64,000 bases of DNA, from the NCBI RefSeq assembly GCF_046105845.1, contig NZ_CP151004.1. One strand, 5' to 3'. The notes under the pieces were generated by a model that worked only from the letters and a program-made list of their open reading frames with translations, did not search any database and had not been told where the DNA came from. A program made the translations under genes and the position numbers. Shown here one piece after another: positions 21,267 through 32,935 of this stretch. Numbering within the stretch: position 1 is the stretch's first letter; each line of letters starts with the position of its first letter. This stretch comes from Escherichia coli (GTDB lineage Bacteria > Pseudomonadota > Gammaproteobacteria > Enterobacterales > Enterobacteriaceae).

Positions 21267-22512
21267 CTACCCAAACTCAAACGGACTTACTCCTTTCTCC
21301 CGATTCGCATCAAGGTAATCAGCCCACCACTGCAGCATCAACCTCCTCTCCCCCAGATGCTCCGCCTTATGGATGTAGGCAGCCCTAGCAGAGCTACGCT
21401 CCTGATGGCTCATCTGCCGCGACACCGCATTCCTCGACCACAATCCCGATTCAATCAATGAGCTACACGCCATCGTTCTGAAACCATGTCCACATACTTC
21501 CGTTTTCGTGTCATAGCCCATCACTCGCAGAGCCTTGTTAACCGTATTCTCACTCATCGGCTTACGCGGATCGTGATTACCAACGGAGATCAGCTCTCGG
21601 TTTCCATTCATGCTTTTGATCTTTTCCAAAATAGCTAAGGCCTGACGCGACAAGGGAACAAGATGTGGAGTCCTCATCTTCGAACCACGTTGAGAATGCT
21701 TAACACCTTCCAGCGGTTCACGCTCTCCCGGAATCGTCCACATAGCCGTTTTAAAAATCCACTTCTGACCAGCGAGCAAAACGCAACTCGCTTGAACGGA
21801 TGAAAACCAGCAAAGTGAGTTCAACCGCCAGTCGTGTTAACGGCCTGCCAGAATAGTGATCAATGCGGTGAAGTAATTCAGTAATACGGTTAAGTTCCAG
21901 AGCTGCACGGTGCTGTCGTTTTGCCGTAGCAACCGCACCGGCAATCTCTTGTGCTGGGTTATAATCGATTAAGCCGCTCTGAACGGCAAACCGCATAATC
22001 GCAGTAGTTCGCTGTTGCAAACGAGCCGCAACTTCTAGTCGTCCGGAAGATTCCACCGCTTTGACGGGTACAAGAAGATCCCACGTCTTCAATTCAGCAA
22101 TGTTCCGCTTACCGATAGTAGTAAAGAGATTATCTTCGAAACTTTTCAATACACGAGCGCTATGCGATGCAGACCACTTCTGATTGCTGGCGTGCCAGTC
22201 TCTGGCAACCACTTCAAACGTTATCGCCTCTTGATCCTGCTCTATTTTAACTGCTTTCTTGTTCTCACTGGGAGCGACGCCATTAGCTAACAATTTACGG
22301 GCTTCATCCCGGCGTGTCCGGGCATCTGCCAGCGACTCTTGAGGGTATTTCCCCAGCGCCAGTATCTTCTCGTTGCCACCAAAGCGGTAACGTAGACTCC
22401 AGTATTTTGAATCGTTAGGGTGAACCAGCAACACCATGCCTTCGCCATCAGCCAGCTTATAGACTTTTATTTCAGGCTGGGCAGCACGAACCTTCACATA
22501 ACTAAGAGCCAT
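21267..22512 (-). pseudogene. P4-type (tyrosine recombinase) integrase next to leuX, reading frame split by a frameshift
   Basis: Two overlapping ORFs (22512-21751 and 21824-21267) together give an integrase of about 415 aa (N-terminal MALSYVKVRAAQ..., C-terminal catalytic region GHGFRTM...); overlap at 21751-21824. Confidence 0.7.
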
Positions 22513-22702
22513 GATGAGTGTCCTTTCAAAGGTTCTGTGTGGTACAAACATTATCGAACCGGGATATACCCACAGTTGTACCCACATCAGTAAGTTGATG
22601 TAGATTGAATTAGGTTGAGTGAAAAAGTGAGGAAGGCATTGCGGATACTGGATTTCAGACACAAAAAAAGCCGCCCTTGAGCGACTCGATTTGCATACGA
22701 TG

Positions 22703-22787
22703 TGGTGCCGAAGGCCGGACTCGAACCGGCACGTATTTCTACGGTTGATTTTGAATCAACTGCGTCTACCGATTTCGCCACTTCGGC
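22703..22787 (-). tRNA. leuX: tRNA-Leu (CAA), leuX
   Basis: Reverse complement reads GCCGAAGTGGCGAAATCGGTAGACGCAGTTGATTCAAAATCAACCGTAGAAATACGTGCCGGTTCGAGTCCGGCCTTCGGCACCA: cloverleaf with long variable arm, CAA anticodon, CCA end. Confidence 0.95.
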
Positions 22788-22982
22788 ACTGAAGAGGTAT
22801 GCGGAAAACGTTGTGGATTATACCTGTCGCACGCCACCATGCAAGCGCCAGCTTGCTCGCACCTCGCTAAGTGCTGAAATTTTCAGCATTGCATACAGCG
22901 ATGTGTAACCTTTGTCACACTCCAGGCACCCCGCCCTGCCATGCTCTACACTTCCCAGACAACACCAGAGAAGGACCAAAAA

Positions 22983-24002
22983 ATGTCGATGATAAAAAGC
23001 TATGCCGCAAAAGAAGCGGGTGGAGAACTGGAAGTTTATGAGTACGATCCCGGTGAACTGAAGCCACAAGATGTTGAAGTGCAGGTGGATTACTGCGGGA
23101 TCTGTCATTCCGATCTGTCAATGATCGATAACGAATGGGGATTTTCACAATATCCACTGGTTGCCGGGCATGAGGTGATTGGGCGCGTGGTGGCGCTCGG
23201 GAGCGCCGCGCAGGATAAAGGTTTGCAGGTCGGTCAGCGTGTCGGGATTGGCTGGACGGCGCGTAGCTGCGGGCATTGCGATGCCTGTATTAGCGGTAAT
23301 CAGATCAACTGCGAGCAAGGTGCGGTGCCAACAATTATGAATCGCGGCGGTTTTGCCGAGAAGTTGCGTGCAGACTGGCAATGGGTGATCCCACTGCCGG
23401 AAAATATCGACATTGAATCTGCCGGGCCGCTGCTGTGTGGTGGTATCACGGTCTTTAAGCCATTGTTAATGCACCATATCACTGCTACCAGCCGCGTTGG
23501 GGTAATTGGTATTGGCGGGCTGGGGCATATCGCTATAAAACTTCTGCACGCAATGGGATGCGAGGTGACAGCCTTTAGTTCTAATCCGGCGAAAGAGCAG
23601 GAAGTACTGGCGATGGGTGCCGATAAAGTGGTGAATAGCCGCGATCCGCAGGCACTGAAAACTCTGGCGGGGCAGTTTGATCTCATTATCAATACTGTGA
23701 ACGTCAGCCTCGACTGGCAGCCTTATTTTGAGGCGCTGACCTATGGCGGTAATTTCCATACGGTCGGTGCGGTTCTCACGCCGCTGTCTGTTCCGGCCTT
23801 TACGTTAATTGCGGGCGACCGCAGCGTCTCTGGTTCAGCAACCGGCACACCTTATGAGCTGCGTAAGCTGATGCGCTTTGCCGCCCGCAGCAAGGTTGCG
23901 CCGACCACCGAACTGTTCCCGATGTCGAAAATAAACGACGCCATCCAGCATGTGCGCAACGGTAAGGCGCGTTACCGCGTGGTGTTGAAAGCCGATTTTT
24001 GA
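22983..24002 (+). CDS. ahr: NADPH-dependent aldehyde reductase Ahr (YjgB), zinc-type alcohol dehydrogenase, 339 aa
   Basis: GHEVIG and CGICHSD zinc-ADH motifs and GIGGLGH Rossmann motif; start at MSMIKSYAA. Confidence 0.9.
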   Translation: MSMIKSYAAKEAGGELEVYEYDPGELKPQDVEVQVDYCGICHSDLSMIDNEWGFSQYPLVAGHEVIGRVVALGSAAQDKGLQVGQRVGIGWTARSCGHCDACISGNQINCEQGAVPTIMNRGGFAEKLRADWQWVIPLPENIDIESAGPLLCGGITVFKPLLMHHITATSRVGVIGIGGLGHIAIKLLHAMGCEVTAFSSNPAKEQEVLAMGADKVVNSRDPQALKTLAGQFDLIINTVNVSLDWQPYFEALTYGGNFHTVGAVLTPLSVPAFTLIAGDRSVSGSATGTPYELRKLMRFAARSKVAPTTELFPMSKINDAIQHVRNGKARYRVVLKADF

Positions 24003-24005
24003 AAA

Positions 24006-24569
24006 TCATTCGCAGCGCTGATCTGAGGCGCTGCCCCCTTTCGCACATATTCTGTCTTGTCGTATCGCCAGCACGGCCTGCCGACATTGTTCGGTGACAT
24101 TGGCAATATCATGGTTGATATCAATGCGCACAATATCCTGTTCATCTGCTTGTGGACGCTCCAGCGCCTCAAACTGACTTTTTAGTAACGCTACCGGCAT
24201 AAAATGCCCAGCCCGCCGCTGCATTCGCGCGAGAATAGTTTCATAGTCGCCATCTAACCAGAGGAAATGAACATGGGGGCTACCCTTGCGTAAAATATCA
24301 CGATACTGTTTTTTTAATGATGAACAGACAATAAATCCTGTTTCATTCTTTTTATAAAGACTGTATGAAGCATCATTTAAGCGTTCCAGCCAGGGAAGTC
24401 GATCTTCATCAGATAATGGAATACCCTGCGACATTTTATCTATATTTTTGGCTGGATGAAGATCGTCACCATCAATAAATTTAGCAGATAATAACGCGGC
24501 AACCTTGCTACCAATTAATGTTTTACCACTCCCTGAAACGCCCATCAAAATAAAGCTTTCACCCGCCAT
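24006..24569 (-). CDS. idnK: Gluconokinase (thermosensitive) IdnK, 187 aa
   Basis: P-loop GVSGSGKT; conserved position before idnD. Confidence 0.9.
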   Translation of the reverse strand: MAGESFILMGVSGSGKTLIGSKVAALLSAKFIDGDDLHPAKNIDKMSQGIPLSDEDRLPWLERLNDASYSLYKKNETGFIVCSSLKKQYRDILRKGSPHVHFLWLDGDYETILARMQRRAGHFMPVALLKSQFEALERPQADEQDIVRIDINHDIANVTEQCRQAVLAIRQDRICAKGGSASDQRCE

Positions 24570-24785
24570 TTAAAATCTCCTGAATCATCTTACCTACTGC
24601 GATACTACGCCTGGTGGCATAATAATTTCACGTTTTTTTATTTCTGCTGATAAGAATTACAAGGCACATCACGTTATGCGTAACATAGTAATGTAACAAT
24701 TTTCTGACGTGATCTTCATCACAAATAATGACAATTAAAACCGCTTAAATGCTTCCGAGGTGTCTACCTGACCAGTGAGGAATTT

Positions 24786-25817
24786 ATGCAAGTGAAAACA
24801 CAGTCCTGCGTTGTTGCGGGCAAGAAAACTGTTGCCGTTACCGAGCAGACGATAGATTGGAATAATAATGGAACATTAGTAAAAATAACCCGAGGTGGAA
24901 TTTGCGGTTCCGATTTACATTATTATCAGGAAGGAAAAGTAGGTAATTTCATGATAAAGGCACCGATGGTGTTAGGTCATGAAGTTATCGGTAAAGTTAT
25001 TCATAGCGACTCATCAGAATTACATGAAGGGCAAACGGTAGCCATTAATCCGTCTAAACCGTGCGGTCACTGCAAATACTGCATTGAACATAACGAGAAT
25101 CAGTGTACAGATATGCGTTTTTTTGGCAGTGCCATGTATTTCCCTCATGTTGATGGTGGTTTTACCCGTTATAAAATGGTCGAAACGTCGCAATGTGTCC
25201 CTTATCCGGCCAAAGCTGACGAAAAGGTTATGGCTTTTGCCGAACCTTTAGCCGTCGCGATTCATGCCGCACATCAGGCCGGCGAGTTACAGGGCAAGCG
25301 AGTATTTGTTTCCGGTGTTGGGCCCATTGGCTGCCTGATTGTCAGTGCTGTGAAAACACTGGGGGCCGCGGAAATTGTCTGTGCCGATGTGAGTCCCCGT
25401 TCCCTTTCGCTGGCCAAAGAGATGGGTGCGGATGTGCTCGTAAACCCACAAAACGACGACATGGATCACTGGAAAGCGGAAAAAGGCCATTTCGATGTCA
25501 GCTTTGAAGTGTCCGGTCATCCTTCATCAGTGAATACCTGTCTGGAGGTCACTCGTGCACGCGGCGTAATGGTGCAGGTAGGTATGGGAGGCGCGATGGC
25601 AGAATTCCCAATGATGACATTGATTGGTAAGGAGATTTCACTCAAAGGCTCTTTCCGTTTTACCAGCGAATTTAATACCGCAGTGTCATGGCTGGCGAAT
25701 GGCGTTATCAATCCACTGCCTTTACTGAGTGCTGAATATCCCTTCACTGACCTGGAAGAGGCGCTACGTTTCGCCGGTGATAAAACCCAGGCAGCAAAAG
25801 TCCAGCTTGTTTTCTAA
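24786..25817 (+). CDS. idnD: L-idonate 5-dehydrogenase IdnD, 343 aa
   Basis: Zinc-ADH family (GICGSDLHYY, GHEVIG). Confidence 0.9.
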   Translation: MQVKTQSCVVAGKKTVAVTEQTIDWNNNGTLVKITRGGICGSDLHYYQEGKVGNFMIKAPMVLGHEVIGKVIHSDSSELHEGQTVAINPSKPCGHCKYCIEHNENQCTDMRFFGSAMYFPHVDGGFTRYKMVETSQCVPYPAKADEKVMAFAEPLAVAIHAAHQAGELQGKRVFVSGVGPIGCLIVSAVKTLGAAEIVCADVSPRSLSLAKEMGADVLVNPQNDDMDHWKAEKGHFDVSFEVSGHPSSVNTCLEVTRARGVMVQVGMGGAMAEFPMMTLIGKEISLKGSFRFTSEFNTAVSWLANGVINPLPLLSAEYPFTDLEEALRFAGDKTQAAKVQLVF

Positions 25818-25840
25818 GAGATAAATAAAGGAATAATACA

Positions 25841-26605
25841 ATGAACGATCTATTTTCACTGGCAGGAAAAAATATCTTGATTACCGGTTCAGCACAGGGC
25901 ATTGGCTTTTTACTGGCAACCGGCCTGGGTAAATATGGCGCACAAATAATTATTAATGATATTACTGCCGAACGCGCAGAACTTGCTGTAGAAAAACTCC
26001 ACCAGGAGGGTATTCAGGCCGTTGCCGCACCTTTTAATGTTACTCATAAACATGAAATTGATGCCGCCGTTGAACATATCGAAAAGAACATCGGCCCCAT
26101 TGATGTGCTGGTGAATAACGCCGGTATCCAGCGCCGTCATCCTTTTACTGAGTTCCCTGAACAAGAGTGGAATGATGTGATCGCAGTAAACCAGACCGCC
26201 GTGTTCCTGGTATCGCAAGCGGTAACTCGTCACATGGTTGAACGCAAGGCAGGTAAAGTTATTAATATTTGCTCGATGCAAAGCGAACTGGGACGTGACA
26301 CCATCACCCCTTATGCCGCATCGAAAGGGGCGGTAAAAATGCTCACCCGCGGCATGTGCGTCGAGCTGGCGCGCCACAATATTCAGGTCAACGGTATTGC
26401 GCCGGGCTATTTCAAAACAGAAATGACTAAAGCACTGGTTGAGGACGAAGCCTTCACCGCCTGGTTGTGCAAACGGACCCCCGCCGCACGCTGGGGAGAT
26501 CCGCAGGAACTGATTGGTGCTGCGGTGTTCCTTTCTTCAAAAGCCTCTGATTTCGTAAACGGCCACCTGTTGTTTGTTGATGGCGGCATGTTAGTGGCTG
26601 TTTAA
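25841..26605 (+). CDS. idnO: 5-keto-D-gluconate 5-reductase IdnO (SDR family), 254 aa
   Basis: TGSAQGIG Rossmann motif; YAASKGA catalytic motif. Confidence 0.9.
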   Translation: MNDLFSLAGKNILITGSAQGIGFLLATGLGKYGAQIIINDITAERAELAVEKLHQEGIQAVAAPFNVTHKHEIDAAVEHIEKNIGPIDVLVNNAGIQRRHPFTEFPEQEWNDVIAVNQTAVFLVSQAVTRHMVERKAGKVINICSMQSELGRDTITPYAASKGAVKMLTRGMCVELARHNIQVNGIAPGYFKTEMTKALVEDEAFTAWLCKRTPAARWGDPQELIGAAVFLSSKASDFVNGHLLFVDGGMLVAV

Positions 26606-26669
26606 CAGCCACCACCCTACGTGCAGCGCGAAAGCGCTGCTTTTCTGGCACTAATAAGAGATAAAGACT

Positions 26670-27989
26670 ATGCCATTAATCATTATTGCGGCAGGCGTCG
26701 CGCTGCTTCTTATCCTGATGATCGGCTTTAAAGTTAACGGCTTTATTGCCCTCGTTCTGGTAGCTGCCGTCGTCGGATTTGCCGAAGGGATGGATGCACA
26801 GGCCGTCCTGCACTCTATACAAAATGGTATCGGCAGCACGCTCGGCGGGCTGGCAATGATCCTCGGTTTCGGGGCCATGTTAGGCAAGCTGATTTCTGAT
26901 ACGGGTGCGGCACAACGTATCGCCACTACGCTGATTGCTACTTTTGGTAAAAAACGCGTGCAATGGGCGCTAGTGATCACCGGTCTAGTTGTGGGCCTCG
27001 CCATGTTTTTTGAAGTGGGTTTTGTCCTGCTGTTGCCGTTGGTATTTACCATCGTAGCATCATCAGGATTACCCCTGTTGTATGTTGGCGTACCAATGGT
27101 AGCAGCGCTCTCTGTAACCCACTGTTTTCTGCCGCCACATCCAGGGCCTACTGCCATCGCGACTATCTTTGAGGCTAATCTCGGAACGACTTTACTGTAT
27201 GGATTTATCATTACCATTCCGACAGTTATTGTCGCAGGACCGCTGTTTTCTAAACTGCTAACTCGCTTTGAGAAAGCACCACCGGAAGGCTTATTTAATC
27301 CTCATCTGTTTAGCGAAGAGGAGATGCCCTCCTTCTGGAACAGTATTTTTGCTGCAGTGATCCCGGTCATCCTGATGGCTATCGCCGCCGTTTGTGAAAT
27401 TACGTTACCGAAAACTAACACCGTGCGCCTCTTCTTTGAATTTGTCGGTAACCCTGCCGTTGCGCTGTTTATTGCCATTGTTATTGCGATTTCCACACTG
27501 GGCCGACGTAATGGACGCACCATCGAGCAAATCATGGATATCATTGGGGATTCTATAGGCGCTATCGCGATGATTGTGTTTATTATCGCTGGCGGCGGCG
27601 CGTTTAAGCAGGTATTAGTAGATAGCGGTGTCGGGCAGTATATTTCACACTTAATGACCGGAACTACACTTTCGCCGTTATTGATGTGCTGGACTGTTGC
27701 GGCGCTGTTGCGTATCGCTCTGGGCTCTGCCACCGTCGCGGCCATTACCACCGCGGGTGTGGTGTTGCCGATTATCAACGTTACCCATGCCGATCCCGCT
27801 TTAATGGTACTGGCAACCGGTGCGGGCAGCGTGATCGCGTCACACGTAAACGACCCTGGCTTCTGGCTATTTAAAGGGTATTTTAATCTGACGGTTGGTG
27901 AAACGTTGCGTACCTGGACGGTGATGGAAACCCTTATTTCTATTATGGGTTTGCTGGGCGTGTTAGCCATTAACGCCGTATTGCACTGA
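26670..27989 (+). CDS. idnT: L-idonate/5-ketogluconate/gluconate transporter IdnT (GntP family), 439 aa
   Basis: Polytopic membrane protein; synteny. Confidence 0.9.
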   Translation: MPLIIIAAGVALLLILMIGFKVNGFIALVLVAAVVGFAEGMDAQAVLHSIQNGIGSTLGGLAMILGFGAMLGKLISDTGAAQRIATTLIATFGKKRVQWALVITGLVVGLAMFFEVGFVLLLPLVFTIVASSGLPLLYVGVPMVAALSVTHCFLPPHPGPTAIATIFEANLGTTLLYGFIITIPTVIVAGPLFSKLLTRFEKAPPEGLFNPHLFSEEEMPSFWNSIFAAVIPVILMAIAAVCEITLPKTNTVRLFFEFVGNPAVALFIAIVIAISTLGRRNGRTIEQIMDIIGDSIGAIAMIVFIIAGGGAFKQVLVDSGVGQYISHLMTGTTLSPLLMCWTVAALLRIALGSATVAAITTAGVVLPIINVTHADPALMVLATGAGSVIASHVNDPGFWLFKGYFNLTVGETLRTWTVMETLISIMGLLGVLAINAVLH

Positions 27990-28055
27990 AAGAATAAAAT
28001 ATTGTGATGTAGTTTCGGGGGAAGATTGAAGATTCCCCCGACGTTGGGAGAAGTT

Positions 28056-29054
28056 ATGCGCAATCACAGAATTTCTTTACAGGATATCGCTACGCTGGCT
28101 GGCGTAACAAAAATGACCGTGAGTCGTTATATCCGCTCGCCGAAAAAGGTGGCAAAGGAAACAGGCGAGCGCATCGCCAAAATTATGGAAGAGATCAATT
28201 ATATCCCTAATCGCGCTCCCGGCATGTTGTTGAATGCACAAAGTTATACCCTCGGTATCTTGATTCCGTCATTTCAAAATCAACTCTTCGCTGACATTCT
28301 CGCGGGAATAGAATCCGTCACCTCTGAGCATAATTATCAGACCCTTATTGCTAATTACAATTACGATCGCGATTCCGAAGAAGAGTCGGTGATTAACCTG
28401 CTCTCTTATAACATTGACGGGATTATACTTTCGGAAAAATATCACACCATCAGGACGGTGAAATTTCTGCGTTCAGCCACCATTCCGGTCGTGGAATTGA
28501 TGGATGTACAGGGAGAACGGCTGGATATGGAGGTCGGTTTTGATAATCGGCAGGCCGCTTTTGACATGGTGTGTACCATGCTGGAGAAGCGAGTCAGGCA
28601 CAAAATTCTGTATCTCGGTTCCAAAGATGACACCCGCGATGAACAGCGTTATCAGGGGTATTGCGATGCGATGATGCTGCATAATCTTTCCCCATTACGC
28701 ATGAATCCACGCGCCATCTCATCCATTCATTTAGGAATGCAGTTAATGCGTGATGCCCTTAGCGCAAACCCGGATTTAGACGGTGTATTTTGCACCAATG
28801 ACGATATTGCGATGGGTGCGCTTCTGCTGTGCCGCGAGCGAAACCTCGCCGTGCCAGAACAAATTTCCATTGCGGGTTTTCATGGGCTGGAGATTGGCAG
28901 GCAAATGATCCCAAGCCTCGCCAGCGTAATTACTCCCCGTTTTGATATTGGTCGGATGGCCGCCCAAATGTTGCTGAGCAAAATTAAGAATAACGATCAC
29001 AACCACAACACTGTTGACCTCGGGTATCAGATTTATCACGGTAACACGCTTTAG
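28056..29054 (+). CDS. idnR: LacI-family transcriptional regulator IdnR, 332 aa
   Basis: N-terminal HTH ([21 protein letters not shown]); start at MRNHRIS. Confidence 0.85.
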   Translation: MRNHRISLQDIATLAGVTKMTVSRYIRSPKKVAKETGERIAKIMEEINYIPNRAPGMLLNAQSYTLGILIPSFQNQLFADILAGIESVTSEHNYQTLIANYNYDRDSEEESVINLLSYNIDGIILSEKYHTIRTVKFLRSATIPVVELMDVQGERLDMEVGFDNRQAAFDMVCTMLEKRVRHKILYLGSKDDTRDEQRYQGYCDAMMLHNLSPLRMNPRAISSIHLGMQLMRDALSANPDLDGVFCTNDDIAMGALLLCRERNLAVPEQISIAGFHGLEIGRQMIPSLASVITPRFDIGRMAAQMLLSKIKNNDHNHNTVDLGYQIYHGNTL

Positions 29055-29131
29055 GTTATTTTCTCTGCATTACACATATTCTCTTTGCCGGACGTTGCCT
29101 ATACTCCAGGCAGGAAACTGGAGGATATCTC

Positions 29132-30634
29132 ATGAGCGAACCCCTGTTAATTGCCCGCACGCCAGACACAGAACTGTTTTTACTACCCGCTATGGCTAAC
29201 CGTCACGGGCTGATTACTGGCGCAACGGGGACGGGTAAAACCGTTACGCTGCAAAAGCTGGCGGAGTCATTGTCGGAAATCGGTGTTCCGGTGTTTATGG
29301 CCGATGTGAAAGGCGATCTGACCGGCGTCGCGCAGGCAGGAACGGCGTCGGAAAAACTGCTCGCAAGGCTTAAAAATATCGGCGTAAATGACTGGCAACC
29401 TCATGCTAATCCGGTGGTGGTGTGGGATATCTTTGGCGAGAAAGGCCATCCGGTGCGGGCGACGGTTTCGGATCTGGGGCCGCTGTTGCTGGCGCGACTG
29501 TTGAATCTCAACGATGTGCAATCTGGCGTGCTGAATATTATCTTTCGTATTGCTGATGATCAGGGGCTGTTACTGCTCGACTTTAAAGATTTGCGGGCGA
29601 TTACCCAGTACATCGGCGATAACGCCAAATCCTTCCAGAATCAGTACGGTAATATCAGTAGCGCATCGGTTGGTGCCATCCAGCGCGGGCTGTTATCGCT
29701 GGAACAGCAAGGCGCGGCGCACTTTTTTGGTGAGCCGATGCTGGATATCAAAGACTGGATGCGTACCGATACCAACGGTAAAGGCGTTATCAATATCCTC
29801 AGCGCCGAGAAGCTTTATCAGATGCCGAAACTGTACGCCGCCAGTCTGCTGTGGATGCTTTCAGAGTTGTATGAACAATTGCCTGAAGCGGGCGATCTGG
29901 AGAAACCAAAACTGGTGTTTTTCTTCGACGAAGCACATCTGCTGTTTAACGATGCGCCACAGGTACTACTGGATAAGATTGAGCAGGTGATAAGGCTTAT
30001 TCGCTCAAAAGGCGTGGGCGTCTGGTTCGTTTCGCAAAACCCGTCAGATATTCCGGATAATGTGCTCGGGCAGCTAGGTAATCGCGTTCAACACGCTTTA
30101 CGGGCTTTTACGCCCAAAGATCAGAAAGCAGTAAAAGCTGCGGCGCAAACCATGCGGGCCAATCCGGCGTTTGATACCGAAAAGGCAATCCAGGAACTGG
30201 GGACCGGCGAGGCGTTAATCTCGTTTCTCGATGCGAAAGGAAGCCCTTCAGTGGTGGAACGGGCGATGGTGATTGCCCCCTGTTCACGAATGGGGCCGGT
30301 GACGGAAGATGAGCGTAATGGCTTGATTAATCACTCTCCGGTGTATGGCAAGTACGAGGATGACGTGGACCGGGAATCCGCCTATGAGATGTTGCAAAAA
30401 GGCTTTCAGGCCAGTACCGAGCAGCAAAATAATCCTCCCGCGAAAGGGAAAGAGGTGGCGGTGGATGACGGTATTCTTGGTGGATTGAAGGATATTTTGT
30501 TTGGCACTACCGGACCACGCGGCGGGAAGAAAGATGGTGTGGTGCAAACAATGGCGAAAAGCGCCGCCCGCCAGGTGACGAATCAGATTGTACGCGGGAT
30601 GTTGGGGAGTTTGCTGGGGGGGAGAAAAAGATAA
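29132..30634 (+). CDS. yjgR: Conserved P-loop NTPase YjgR (DUF853), 500 aa
   Basis: Walker A GATGTGKT; Walker B FFFDEAH. Confidence 0.9.
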   Translation: MSEPLLIARTPDTELFLLPAMANRHGLITGATGTGKTVTLQKLAESLSEIGVPVFMADVKGDLTGVAQAGTASEKLLARLKNIGVNDWQPHANPVVVWDIFGEKGHPVRATVSDLGPLLLARLLNLNDVQSGVLNIIFRIADDQGLLLLDFKDLRAITQYIGDNAKSFQNQYGNISSASVGAIQRGLLSLEQQGAAHFFGEPMLDIKDWMRTDTNGKGVINILSAEKLYQMPKLYAASLLWMLSELYEQLPEAGDLEKPKLVFFFDEAHLLFNDAPQVLLDKIEQVIRLIRSKGVGVWFVSQNPSDIPDNVLGQLGNRVQHALRAFTPKDQKAVKAAAQTMRANPAFDTEKAIQELGTGEALISFLDAKGSPSVVERAMVIAPCSRMGPVTEDERNGLINHSPVYGKYEDDVDRESAYEMLQKGFQASTEQQNNPPAKGKEVAVDDGILGGLKDILFGTTGPRGGKKDGVVQTMAKSAARQVTNQIVRGMLGSLLGGRKR

Positions 30635-30651
30635 GTCAGACGTGATCTGTG

Positions 30652-30690
30652 CCCCTCACCCTAACCCTCTCCCCAAAGGGGCGAGGGGAC
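30652..30690. repeat. GC-rich hairpin intergenic repeat (CCCTCACCCTAACCCTCTCCC...GGG), copy 1
   Basis: Between the convergent yjgR and lptG; near-identical copies at 34736-34768 and 58622-58656. Confidence 0.6.
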
Positions 30691-30752
30691 CGTTCGAACT
30701 CGTATTTGACTTTGTCAACAATAATAAAGGGAGCTTTCGCTCCCTTGTTAGA

Positions 30753-31835
30753 TTACGATTTTCTCATTAACAGCCACAGGCTGATTAAGAAGAAGCTGGC
30801 GCTTGGCAACAGTGCGCCGATAATCGGCGGGATGCCGTAAACCAACGTCAGCGGGCCGAAGATCTGGTCCAGTACGTAGAAGACAAAACCGAAGCTGATA
30901 CCGGTGACCACACGCACGCCCATCGGTACGCTACGCAGTGGGCCAAAGATAAACGACAGCGCCATCAGCATCATCACCGCCACGGATAGCGGCTGGAAGA
31001 TTTTGCTCCACATGTTGAGCTGATAACGTCCAGCGTCCTGACCACTCGACTTCAGATACTTCACATAGTTGTGCAAACCACTGATGGAGAGTGCATCCGG
31101 GTCCAGCGCCACCACGCCCAGTTTGTCTGGCGTGAGGTTGGTTTTCCAGGTGCCGCTCACCGTCTGCGAACCGGTGATCTGTTTCGGATTGGTCAGATCA
31201 GATTCATCAACCTGCGACAGACGCCAGACTTTATGTTCCGGGTCAAACTTCGCAGTAGCGGCATAGCGTACGGATTGCAGACGACGATTCTCGTTAAAGG
31301 CATAAATACTGATGCCACCTAACTCTTCGTCACCTTTAACCCGCTCAATGTAGACGAAGTTGTTGCCATCTTTCGCCCATAAGCCTTGCTGAGTAGAGAG
31401 CAACGAGCCGCCGTACATCGCCTGCGCACGGTAGTTACGCGCCATCTGTTCGCCCTGCGGCGCGACCCATTCGCCAATCGCCATCGTCAGCAAGACCAGC
31501 GGAATGGCGGTTTTCATCACCGACAGCGCTACCTGCATACGGGTAAAACCAGAAGCCTGCATCACCACCAGTTCGCTGCGCTGCGCCAGCATCCCAAGAC
31601 CAAGCAACGCCCCAAGCAGAGCCGCCATCGGGAAGAAGATTTGCACATCTTTCGGCACGCTCAGCAAGGTATACATTCCTGCGCCTAACGCGTCGTAACT
31701 CCCCTGCCCGGCTTTTTTCAGCTGATCGACAAACTTGATAATGCCCGACAGCGACACCAGCATGAACAGCGTCATCATGATGGTGGTGAAAATAGTTTTA
31801 CCGATATAGCGGTCAAGTACGCCAAAAGGTTGCAT
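30753..31835 (-). CDS. lptG: LPS export ABC permease LptG, 360 aa
   Basis: Recognised membrane protein; start codon overlaps the lptF stop. Confidence 0.9.
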   Translation of the reverse strand: MQPFGVLDRYIGKTIFTTIMMTLFMLVSLSGIIKFVDQLKKAGQGSYDALGAGMYTLLSVPKDVQIFFPMAALLGALLGLGMLAQRSELVVMQASGFTRMQVALSVMKTAIPLVLLTMAIGEWVAPQGEQMARNYRAQAMYGGSLLSTQQGLWAKDGNNFVYIERVKGDEELGGISIYAFNENRRLQSVRYAATAKFDPEHKVWRLSQVDESDLTNPKQITGSQTVSGTWKTNLTPDKLGVVALDPDALSISGLHNYVKYLKSSGQDAGRYQLNMWSKIFQPLSVAVMMLMALSFIFGPLRSVPMGVRVVTGISFGFVFYVLDQIFGPLTLVYGIPPIIGALLPSASFFLISLWLLMRKS

Positions 31836-32935
31836 CACACCGCTCCTTTACGCGAAAAACTGGCGCGCAGGCGGCGGACCGGCACGGTGTCCCAAAGGTT
31901 GAGAACAATCGCCAAAGCCAGATAAATCAGGTTAACGGTCCACATCCACAGCGTCGGGTCCAGCTTACCTTTACCGCCGTTCGATTTCAGGGAGGTCTGG
32001 ATCAGGAAGAAAAGTAGATACAGCAGCATGGCTGGCAGCATCGACAGTACGCGTCCCTGACGTGGGTTAACCACGCTCAGCGGTACGACCATAAGTGCCA
32101 TCATAAACACGGTGAATACCAACGTGATACGCCAGTTCAGTTCTGCGCGAGCACGATCGGTGTCAGTGTTCAACAATGTGCGCATGTCCATCTGGTCGGT
32201 ATCGTTCGGGTCGAGCGCCACCGCCTGGTGACCAATGATCGCCTGATAATCCTGGAAGTCCGTAATGCGGAAATCACGTAACAGTGCAGTGCCTTCGAAG
32301 CGCGTTCCCTGGTTGAGAGTGACGACCTGGGAGCCGTCGCGCAGCTGGGTTAAATGTCCGGAATCGGCCACCACCACAGAAGGACGTGCATTACCTTTTG
32401 GTCGAATTTGCGCGAGGAACACATCTTTGAAATCGCTGCCGTCAACGCTTTCGATGAACAGCACCGAGCTGCCATTAGTCGCTTGCTGGAATTGCCCTTG
32501 CGCCAGCGCCGCCATGCCAGGGTTCGCTTTCGCTTCTGCTAACACTTCATCCTGATGACGCGATGACCACGGTCCCGCCCACATCACGTTAACCGCCGCG
32601 ACGATTGCCGTGAATACCGCAAGGATCATTGCCGCTTTCACCAGAACCGCTTTGCTCAGGCCGCAGGCATGCATTACCGTAATTTCACTTTCGGTATACA
32701 GTTTGCCCAGCGTCATCAGCAGCCCGAGGAACAGGCTTAATGGCAGGATAAGCTGCGCCATTTCCGGCACGCCCAACCCGAGAAGGGAGAGCACCAGATT
32801 CGCCGGAATATCGCCGTCAACCGCTGCGCCGAGGATCCTCACTAACTTTTGACAGAAGAAGATCAAAAGCAAGATGAAGAGTATCGCCAGCTGGCTTTTG
32901 AGCGTCTCCCGCACCAGATATCTTATGATTATCAC
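31835..32935 (-). CDS. lptF: LPS export ABC permease LptF, 366 aa
   Basis: Recognised; divergent from pepA. Confidence 0.9.
   Translation of the reverse strand: MIIIRYLVRETLKSQLAILFILLLIFFCQKLVRILGAAVDGDIPANLVLSLLGLGVPEMAQLILPLSLFLGLLMTLGKLYTESEITVMHACGLSKAVLVKAAMILAVFTAIVAAVNVMWAGPWSSRHQDEVLAEAKANPGMAALAQGQFQQATNGSSVLFIESVDGSDFKDVFLAQIRPKGNARPSVVVADSGHLTQLRDGSQVVTLNQGTRFEGTALLRDFRITDFQDYQAIIGHQAVALDPNDTDQMDMRTLLNTDTDRARAELNWRITLVFTVFMMALMVVPLSVVNPRQGRVLSMLPAMLLYLLFFLIQTSLKSNGGKGKLDPTLWMWTVNLIYLALAIVLNLWDTVPVRRLRASFSRKGAV

Noticed and set aside
26651-28063. Minus-strand ORFs of 188 and 253 aa
   Set aside because: Antisense to idnT; Ala/Thr/Pro-rich translations without motifs.
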